This document shows, one piece after another, positions 53,619 through 64,000 of a stretch of 64,000 nt of DNA. This DNA comes from Octopus vulgaris. Lineage: Eukaryota. The stretch covers positions 20,956,001 to 21,020,000 of the forward strand of contig OX597834.1 of the NCBI GenBank assembly GCA_951406725.2. Direction: 5' to 3'. Position numbers and translations under genes: made by a program. The notes beneath the pieces are model-generated. The model searched no databases. It was not told where the DNA came from and worked only from the letters and a program-made list of their open reading frames with translations. Numbering within the stretch: position 1 is the first letter of the stretch; every line of letters begins with the position of its first letter.

Positions 53619-55221
53619 CATTATTATTATCATTATTATTATTGTTGTTGTTGTTGTTATCATCATCATCATCATCATCATCATCATGGTTGGATTTACA
53701 ATAATCAGTTTTATTTATTCTTCGTCATTCACTGTGCCTCCCCGCTTTTGTTGTCCTACAAACAATAAACATTGTAATCACCATCAAAGCTGTTCAATAC
53801 CAGAAATGCAATTATTTGTTTCCTGTATTAACATCAATGAGTCTCTTCCTCTTCAGTCTTACCTCATCATCGTTACCTGTACCTTCACTGTCACCGCTGA
53901 CAACAACAACAACAACACTGCAGTTACTAATGCTGCTGTAACCATCATCACCTCAACCATCACCGTGACCTATGCCACCATCTATACCATCACCGTCACT
54001 GTCACCACCACCAATCACCATTCAGCGCCACCACTACCATCCACCACCCATCCGCCGCCATCACTACCATCATCACCATTGTCACCACCAACATCACCAC
54101 CATCCACCACCACTACCGCCACCAGCACTATCACCACCCATCTACCATCACCACCACTACCATCATCATTACTACTACCACCACTACCACCACCAACCGT
54201 CACCACCACTACCATCACCACCACCACTATCATCCACCACCCATCTACCATCACCACCACTACCACCACCAACCATCACCACCACTACCATCACCACCAC
54301 TACCATCACCACCACTACCATCACCACCACCACTATCATCCACCACCCATCTACCATCACCACCACTACCATCATCATTACTACTACCACCACTACCACC
54401 ACTACCACCACCAACCATCACCACCACCACCACTATCACTACACCATTAATACACCTTAATCTTCAATACCACTTACACCTACTCCACCACCACCACCAA
54501 CACCATCAGCATCACAAGATCACTTACACCACCACCATCAGTACAATGGTAGTACACTGCCACTACTCTACCGCACGACCAATACAATTTATACTAAGCT
54601 TCACCATCACCCCCCATCACTACAACAATGGCACATCACTACCCCCCATCACCATCACCATGGAAGCTGCCAGTACCCCTACCACCACCAACACTACCAC
54701 CACCAACACTACCACCACCAACACTACCACCACCAACACTACCACCACCAACACTACCACCACCAACACTACCACCACCAACACTACCACCACCACCATG
54801 TTACAGTTGGTTTGACTTACATTCCAATCAATTGAGCAATTCAAAAACCTATTTCTGCTACTGTTTCTGGTTGTCTGTTTATTAGTCAGCCCCATGGTCA
54901 GGCCCAGATGAATGTCACACGTTCGCGCATACACATATGCAGTCACGCATACACACAGATGTGCAGTGGTACATTTGTATTCTTCTATGCACGTGCATAC
55001 GCAAAGGCAAATTCACGCTCCTACATGCGCCCCAGGTAGATGCAGTCACACAAATTCTGACAAATACAGATATATACATCTATCAGGGTATTTATCCGTC
55101 TGTATATCTATCCATCAATCAGTTTATCTTTCTGTCTAACTTTCTATCTCTTGGTCTCTCTGTCTGTCTATCTATCTATCTATCTATCTATCTATGCCTG
55201 TCTGTCTATCTGTCTACCTAC

Positions 55222-55300
<79 letters not shown>

Positions 55301-55667
55301 CCTATCTATCTATCTATCTATCTTATCTATCTGTCTGTCTATCTATCCTTCTATCTATCTATCTATCAGTCTATCTATCCTTCTATCAATCTATCTATTT
55401 ATTTATCTGTCTATCGATCTATTTATCTTTCTATCTATGACTCTCTGCCTACCTATCAATCAATAAATCTATGCTTATGATACTTGAACAGGCATATTTA
55501 TAAAATACACATGCCTGTTCAAGTACCTTAAAAGCATGAAACTATTGGTAGCTCTTTTGGTCATATATTTAAATTGATATATATATATATATCGTTTCTA
55601 TTATGTTAAACTGTCATATGTCCAAATTTGCATAATACCAATGATATATATATACACACATATATAA

Positions 55668-55803
55668 ACAATTGCAGCGTGGAAGGTGTTTATAAGCCAT
55701 TTAAGAAACATACAAAAACTGTTAGATTCACTCCAACATTTAAATTTAATTTGTCAAAATGTTTTTGTCACTCTTAAACCGCAACCTGTTCACTGACAAA
55801 ATT
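55668..55803 (-). mobile_element. Single-arm copy of the 21914-22223 family next to (TA)n; hammerhead G12 lost
   Basis: acaattgcagcgtggaaggtgttt...accgcaacctgttcactgacaaa. Confidence 0.85.
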
Positions 55804-55932
55804 CTATGCTGCCATCTTAAGAAACCATCACTGATTGTTAGAGGAACATCATTTTCAACAATGGCCTTTTCTCTTTATATGTGTATGTCTGCTTATCATG
55901 TGTACACACACACACACATACAAATACACCCG

Positions 55933-55964
<32 letters not shown>

Positions 55965-57213
55965 TACATGAACATTTATTCATAGTGGCCGGGTCAAGCT
56001 ATAAAAAAATAAGTGATATTTGTCCCAAGATGACATGCTGTAGGATTGAACCAAGAATCTTATGTTTTAGGAAGCAAACACCCTAACCATTCAGCCATGC
56101 TACACCAACGTTCCTATGGAGCATGACTCAAACAAATAAAGATGGAAAAAAAAATAGAAGACATCAAGCAACCACCTAATCCTCTCCACCTGCCCACCCC
56201 TTCCTTTTTCACCGTAGTGGTTGTAACCTGATGTGGTTAGTCATTGGTTTTCTAGCAAGGTCCACTACTTTACCAGGGGGAAATCTGTGCAATTTGAAAC
56301 CCTAGCAGAAATCTGTAATCTGCTCTTTTTGACACTGGAAGGCCTGAGTGGGGTTTGTCACAGCAGACACTGAATCTTGGGATATGTGTGTGTGTGTGTG
56401 AATGCATGAATGTGTGTGTGTGAAGGTATGAATGCATGCGTATGCATGTGTATGTGTGAATGTATCAGTGTGTTAATGTGTGTGTGTGTGTAAATGTGTG
56501 TGTCTGTGAATGTATGTGTGTGTGAATGTGTGTGTGAATGTATGAATGTGTGTGTGAACGTATGTGTATGCATGTGTGTGCATACGCATGAATGTATGCA
56601 TGTGTGTGTGTGCGTACATGTATGTATAAATGTGTGTGTGTGTGAATGCATGAATGAGTGTGTGTGTGTGTGTGTGAAGGTATGCATGTGTATATGTGAA
56701 TGTATCAGTGTGTTAATGTGTGTGTGTGTATGTGTGTGCGTGTGAATGTATGAATGTGTGTGTGAATGCATGTGTGGTAGGGTGCGAGTGCAGGTGCATA
56801 TATCATCCACCACCCATCTACCATCACCACCACTACCATCATCATTACTACTACCACCACTACATAAGTGTGTATATGTCAGTGAGAAAGATATTTTCTT
56901 GGTCATTGAAGCCATTAGATGATGCGTGCCTCAGAGAGATATCAGGACTTTTTTGGACATGGGATATTAAATAGATAAAAAGAAATCATACTCGGTTGCT
57001 GCTGCTGCTTTGCAAGCCATCCCTCAATGCAATCCAGTCGTATCCATCCCCTGAGAGCATATATAGGGCTACATTATCCAATGTGTCATTCTTCTTTCAA
57101 AATGGTAAGCTATGATTTCGAAGAGATTTTCACTGTTATTTCTAGCAGGTTAACTATGTAAAGGCTCCCAGACGTTAATCTTTTTTTTTGTTTTTTACCT
57201 TTTCTGTTATCTA

Positions 57214-57409
57214 TTACTTGTTTCAATCAATCGACTGTGGCCTCACTGGAGCAGTGCTTTACAGGATCTTAATCAAATAAATCACCTACAGTATTTATTT
57301 CTAAGTCTAGTACTTACTCTTTCAGTGTCTTTTGCTGAACCACTAAGTTAGAGAGACGTGTAAACAAGCTAACAATGGTTGTCAAATGGTGGCAGGTGAC
57401 AAACACAAA

Positions 57410-57450
<41 letters not shown>

Positions 57451-57770
57451 TCCACCACACTCTCAGAGTGGTTGGCATTAGGAAGGGCATCCAGCTGTAG
57501 AAACATTGCCAGATCAGATTGGAGCCTGGTGCAGTCAAACCCTCCAACCCATGGCAGCATGGAAAACGGGTGTTAAACGATAGTAATGATGATGATGATG
57601 ATGATGATATATACGATGGGTTTCCACACAGCTTTCATCAACCAAATTCACTCCCAAGACATTGATAATCCTTATGTCATAATAGAAGATGCTTGGTCAA
57701 AGCGCTGTGCAATGGGACTGAACCTGAAACCGCATGGTTGCAAAGTGAGTTTTTTAACCACAGTGTCATG
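57214..57770 (-). mobile_element. Diverged family A SINE split by an RTE 3' UTR fragment (57455-57608, +)
   Basis: SINE halves at 57214-57415 and 57612-57770; ggaagggcatccagctgtagaaac in the insert. Confidence 0.75.
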
Positions 57771-58007
57771 TCTGCATCATATTTTCCCTAATTTAATTTA
57801 AAACTGCAAAATAACGGGGCTCAGTGTCCCATTCAGCCTTAATTTGAATACAGGTGTCATTACTAAACATTGCTTTTAGTTTATGAAAAAAAATCACTTT
57901 CTGAGAAATCATATAATAAGGATTTTGATAGGAACAACATCAAGATGAGTTAATTATGATTGCACAACAACATTGAAGGAGCCTTGACTTTCTTTGAGTA
58001 AATATCC

Positions 58008-58320
58008 CTTATTCTATCAGTCTCTTTTGCTGAACCACAAAGATACAGGGATGTAAACACACTAACACAGATTTCAGTTGGTGATGGGGAACAAATACAA
58101 ATATATATATATATATATATGCACACACAGGCATGCATGCACACATGCATATATACAATGGTCTTTCTTCAGTTTATGTCGACAAAATCCACTCACAAGG
58201 CTTTGGTTGGCCAGAGATTATCGTAGAAGATACTTACCCAAGGTGTCACACATTGGAACTGATCCAGGAAGCACAAGGTTGGGGAACAAGCTTCCTAGTA
58301 CACAGCCACGCCTGCACCTA
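58008..58320 (-). mobile_element. SINE family A, diverged
   Basis: Reverse-complement homology. Confidence 0.8.
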
Positions 58321-58739
58321 TGAACCTATGCATCTCATTAAGTTTTTTGGGAGCAGTTTGTAAAGATAGACACACACCGTGTAAAAGATCAATGGTAACC
58401 CTGTAAAACATAATTGAGTGTTATTGACGATAAATATATGCAGTACAGTTGACAAGTTGTAAAACTGACCATGTTTACCACAACCAAACGCAAAACACGT
58501 GTAAGTGTGTTTGTGTGTTCATGAAGATAATCGATACTGCAGCTTCTACAAAATGGTGCATATTCACTCCTGATTCCTCAATATACAAAATCTCATGAAA
58601 TGAAATATCAGCAAATAATTCGCTATGTAAAGAAACAGGTTTTTTTTACATATAATCAGGATAGGGGGGAGGAGGGAACAAAAAAGAAAAAACAATATAT
58701 ATATATATATACACACACACATATATATAGATATACATA

Positions 58740-58836
<97 letters not shown>

Positions 58837-58914
58837 TTATATATGTATACACATTTATATATATATATGCATACATATATACATATATATACATATATAT
58901 ATATATACACACAC

Positions 58915-58951
<37 letters not shown>

Positions 58952-59669
58952 CACATATATATATATATACATGTATGCATATATATATACATATATACAT
59001 TGATATGTGTGTGTGTGTGTGTGTGTGTTGACAATCATAAATAAAAACAGAAGGAAATAAAAACCGCTAGTTAATCTGTAATCCAATTAATTATTTAAGA
59101 ATATTTCCTGTTTCAAACGAGATCTGAACATAGAAGAATGCTCCACGTGATTCGATTGAGTTTTAAATATTCCTGGAGATATACCTCATTAATCTTTTAG
59201 TTCACATACAACATAACATGGCTTGGTTTTTGTTTTGTTTATGTTTGTTTGTTTTTTCACTGTTTTTTTTTTTTTTTTTTTTGCTTCTTCTCGGGCCCAT
59301 ATTTCTATAAATTTGACAAATATTTCACTGAAAGGAAATGATTAGTTTTCATTATAGTTTATAACCTAGACATGTATACAGTTTGTCGCATATAATGCTC
59401 AAATGCATCTCTACAATAATATGCATGCACACACACACCTATGCACATTTGCACATACACTTACACACACACCTACTGGTACACATTTGTTGGTATCCGG
59501 TGCATTTATGTGTCTAGTTACGTTGATATCAGTCTCTCTATATATATATCTTTGTGTGTATAACATTAGTTTATATTTACATATATATATATATTTATAT
59601 ATATATATATATATATACATATCGAAAAAACTAATATATATGCATATGTGTGTGTGTTCATATATTTTG

Positions 59670-59746
<77 letters not shown>

Positions 59747-59789
59747 CATATATATATATATATACACACATATATATACATATATACAC

Positions 59790-59855
<66 letters not shown>

Positions 59856-59937
59856 CAATATACACACACATATATATATATCAATATATACACACACACA
59901 TACATATATATACATATATATACACACACACACACAC

Positions 59938-59999
<62 letters not shown>

Positions 60000-60412
60000 A
60001 TACACTAATGTATGTAAATGCACATGACTTGCTGGGGGTCCCACTGTGCACACCATCATGTCTAAACTAACTTTGTAAAGCTGTAATTCTGTAGCCTGGT
60101 CTTAAATCAACACAATTCAAAGTCACCATCCAAATTATTTAATTTCCTCGACAAGTTTCTATTTCCTTCACAAACTTCATGCACAATCTCACATAATTAC
60201 TTTGGCAAGTACGTTGGAATTAGTATTTTGCTGACAAAGTCAGCATAAGGCTTGAATATGTCCGGAGTTGTCTCCCATTATAGCCAGAAAAATAGAAATA
60301 TCAGAAAATGGCTAATAGCGTTCTTCTTTCCTCTTCCCTGCATAGCAATTTTTAGTTAGAATGCTAATGCCCTCTATATTGTGTCTTTTGTTGCCATATT
60401 TCTGTTAAAATA

Positions 60413-60733
60413 TACTCTTTTATTTGTTTCAGTCATTTGACTGTGGCCATGCTGGAGCACCCTCTTTAAGGGTCTTGTTCGGACAAATCGTCTCCAGGAT
60501 TTATTTTTTTAAGTCTAATACTTATTCTGTTAGTCTCTTACCAAACTGCAAAGTTATGGGGGAATAACAGAGCAACACCAGTTGTCAAGCAGTGAAGAGG
60601 ACACAAACACTGATACAAAGACACACACACAGACACGCGTGCGCACACGCACGCACGCACACACACGCACATATATATATGACAGGCTTCTTTCAGTTTC
60701 TGTCTCCCAAATCCACTCACAAGGCATTGGTCA
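60413..60733 (-). mobile_element. SINE family A, 5'-truncated
   Basis: Reverse-complement homology. Confidence 0.85.
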
Positions 60734-61497
60734 GTACAATCCAATAGTACAAGAGAAAGTGCCTGTGTCTGTAAGGAATAGCATAGGCATCTAAAACAAT
60801 TTGTGACAGCATGGTACATGTTTCCAAGTTGTATTCACTTTCAAATGACTGCTAGCACTGCTCTACCATATTGTATAGCTCACATTATTCAGGAAAATCT
60901 GGTATACTGGTATATAAACATGGAGTAGCAAGGCTGGCTCAAAACTGAGTTGCTACATTATGGAGTTTAAGCAGGACATTGCTCAACCCTGTTTATGTAA
61001 AAGACTGAGTTATTAACCAATCAATGCCTGGTTTTCTCATGATAGATCATTCAAGACCCTTCTAGAATGTTCTCGATACAAGGGTTATAAATGGGATTTG
61101 TTTGAGCACCAACTTTTAGTGTGTACGAAACAGTAGTCAACTTCACACACTTCTTTGCCATCAAGATAGCTGTTTCAACACTCCATGCTCAACCTGGATA
61201 TATGTTATCTCTGGCAGATATGAATTGATGTGTGCAGATTCTAATGTTTATTCAAGCTTTAGTACTAAGTCTTTTTATTCAGCTTAACATACGTGTTACA
61301 TGGTATTTCCAATAGATGGGTTCACTTGGTTTGAAGATTATCATCATCAACCAACTCAAAATGTGACTTGTGCAGTGTAAATAGAATCACGATTAATAGT
61401 TCATATGATATTGTTGCCTCATTGCATACAACCTCACAAATATCATCATCATCATCAACATATATATGTATGACAGAACCAAGCAGCAGCAAGAACC

Positions 61498-61913
61498 TAT
61501 TTCTTTATTACCCACAAGGGGCTAAACACAGAGAGGACAAACAAGGACAGACAAACGGATTAAGTCAATTATATCGACCCCAGTGCGTAACTGGTACTTA
61601 TTTAATCGACCCCAAAGGATGAAAGGCAAAGTCAACTTCGGCAGAATTTGAACTCACAATGTAACGACAGACGAAATACCAATTTCTCTACTACCCACAA
61701 GGGGCTAAACACAGAGAGGACAAACCAGGACAGACAAACGGATTAAGTTGATTATATCGACCACAGTGCATAACTGGTACTTATTTAATCAACCCCAAGA
61801 GGATGAAAGGTAAAGTCGACCTCAGCGAAATTTGAACTCGGAACGTAACGGCAGACGAAATACCGCTAAGCATTTCGCCCGCTGTGCTAACGTTTCTGCC
61901 AGCTCGCCGCCTT
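61498..61913 (-). mobile_element. Dimeric family C SINE with a single 15-bp TSD
   Basis: TSD gcagcagcaagaacc at 61483-61497 and 61914-61928; internal unit of about 183 bp duplicated. Confidence 0.92.
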
Positions 61914-63103
61914 GCAGCAGCAAGAACCACCACACGACAATGGCATTAGATATGGCACACAATAAGTCACAAAGGAACCCACGGAGACCAAGTACTGCAA
62001 GGTTTGCCTCATACCTGAGCTGTATAGTATTCAGTTTAATTTATCAATGCTGCAAAGGGATGCAAATCAAACCACACTTCACTAGAATTTGTCCACAAAC
62101 ATATATATTTAAGTGGTCAGCAGTTAACCAAATGTTTTACGGTCACAGACCATTCCAAATAACAGTTCTGCAAGTTTTCCCCTATTACCTGAGGTACATA
62201 TGCTATGCAATTAAATGCATCCACGCCTCAAATCGATACAAACTAAAGTACACTTGACCAGAATTTGTCCACAAATATATATGAAAGTAGTTGGCAATTT
62301 ACCAAATGCTTTTTAATCTACAGTTGGTCATTGCCTATCAATACAATATAAAACTATACACCACAAGTCCTTGTGTCCTAGATTAAACCCCGAGTCTAGT
62401 TTATGGAGCTATAAGCTGACAATAGTAAGAACTGTGATATTGTTACCAGTTAAAAAATGATATTAGCTAATGATATAAACCGTTCACCTCTAAACATTAA
62501 AGAGATCTGTATATCAAACAGTGGAATACGGCAATATGCTAGAATTGTTTCCAGGGAATTAATGTTTAAACTGTAGTACTTTTCACATGTATGGTTTTTT
62601 TTTTCTATTTTTCTTTAGGTTGTTGTTGCTGTGAGGAATTTTTTTTTAATATTTTGTTTTGTTTTTTTTTCCTTTGTGCCTTTTAGTTGTTTTTTCTGTT
62701 TTTCGTCCCTTTTTTTGTTGCCTTTTAACATTTTCCATTTGTTGTAATATAATCTTCATAACTAAAGCCTAGAGGGATAACCGTTGGTTCGTGCTTGTTG
62801 ACATTAAAACCTGCTTTTGTCTCAGTGTGCATGTGTGTGTGTGTATCACATATGTACACATATGTATACATATTCCTATGTAACTAGATGTGTGTGTGTG
62901 TGTATATATATACATTCATACATGCACACACAAAAATACACATATACGTATATGAGCATATCTGATACACACACACATATTGTACCTATATATATATAAT
63001 ATACAATTGTATATACATATATGTAGGTAGAATTATGCATTTACTTTTATAGCTACATCTGCATAAGTACATATATGTACATATATATATGTGTGTATGT
63101 ATG

Positions 63104-63137
<34 letters not shown>

Positions 63138-63179
63138 TATATGTATATATATACATATATGTACATATATGTATGTATG

Positions 63180-63231
<52 letters not shown>

Positions 63232-63256
63232 CGTATGTGTTCCTTCTTTTATGTGC

Positions 63257-63940
63257 TTTTATTTGTTTCATTCATTTGACTGTGGTCATGCTGGAGCACT
63301 GCCTATAGTCGAGCAAATCGACCCCAGGACTTATTCTTTGTAAGTCTAGTACTTATTCTATCGGTCTCTTTTGCCGAACTGGTAAGTTACTGGGACGTAA
63401 ACACACCAGCATCAGTTACCCAGCGATGTTGCAGGGATAAACACAGACATAAATATATACATACATACATACATATATATATATATTGATAAAAATGGTA
63501 AGACAGCAAAAGAATGAAAGAGACCTCAATATTATGTAAATAGAGGAATTTATCTGTAAATGTAATGTGACAATTATTCAGTAGTCAGGATAAAACTCCA
63601 AGTTTCGGATGCTGAGGTAGAAAATCATGCCACCATCTATTCAGTTTTCTGGCCATCGGAAAGATGATGGCATGGATTTCCGCCCCGGCATCCAAAACTC
63701 AGAGTTTTATCATGGCCACCGAATAATTGTCACATATTACATTTTTCAGGTATATATACATATATATATATATATACAATGGGCTTCTTTTAGTTTCTGT
63801 CTACCAAATCCACTCACAAAACTTCAGTTGACCCGAGGCTATAGTAGAAGACACTTGCCCAAGGTGTCATGCAGTGGGACTGAACCTGGAACCATGTGGT
63901 TGGTAAGCAAGCTACTTACAACACAGCCACTCCTGCACCT
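63257..63940 (-). mobile_element. Family A SINE split at its internal (TA)n by a palindromic element
   Basis: SINE 3' half at 63257-63470, 5' half at 63775-63940. Confidence 0.88.
63487..63750. mobile_element. Palindromic Penelope-like pLTR-derived element (arms 63558-63638 and 63662-63744) with a decayed hammerhead on the minus strand
   Basis: Minus strand 63583-63654: GGCCAGAAAA-CUGAAUA-GAUG...CAUC-C-GAAA-CUUGGAG-UU-UUAUCCUGACU. Confidence 0.7.
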
Positions 63941-63942
63941 AT

Positions 63943-63993
<51 letters not shown>

Positions 63994-64000
63994 TATATAT

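Noticed and set aside
53686-54460. Pro/His/Thr-rich ORFs resembling extensin or mucin
   Set aside because: (ACC/ATC)n low-complexity DNA open in several frames on both strands
60850-61260. Highly degraded RT-like sequence on the minus strand (KQG*AMSCL)
   Set aside because: A single weak motif; needs a translated HMM search

Overview
AT-rich, microsatellite-saturated eukaryotic DNA. The SINE and LINE repertoire looks like an Octopus (coleoid cephalopod) genome; this is recognition, not a database result. I find no supportable host protein-coding exon, and nearly all listed ORFs are translations of simple repeats. The window is intronic or intergenic. It holds dozens of copies of about five tRNA-derived SINE families, a young 5'-truncated RTE LINE (38835-40753, -) with a PHD finger inside its RT, other RTE and CR1 3' fragments and a mariner relic. 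The most notable signal is a set of short, mostly palindromic elements at (TA)n tracts that carry Penelope-type minimal hammerhead ribozyme motifs. The best is an inverted pair (22054-22177) with a non-canonical G3:C8 swapped core. Also noted: a candidate recursive splice site with a poison exon (398/399), a 270-bp near-perfect inverted repeat, tandem H-type pseudoknots in the RTE 3' UTR and recurrent dimeric SINEs.
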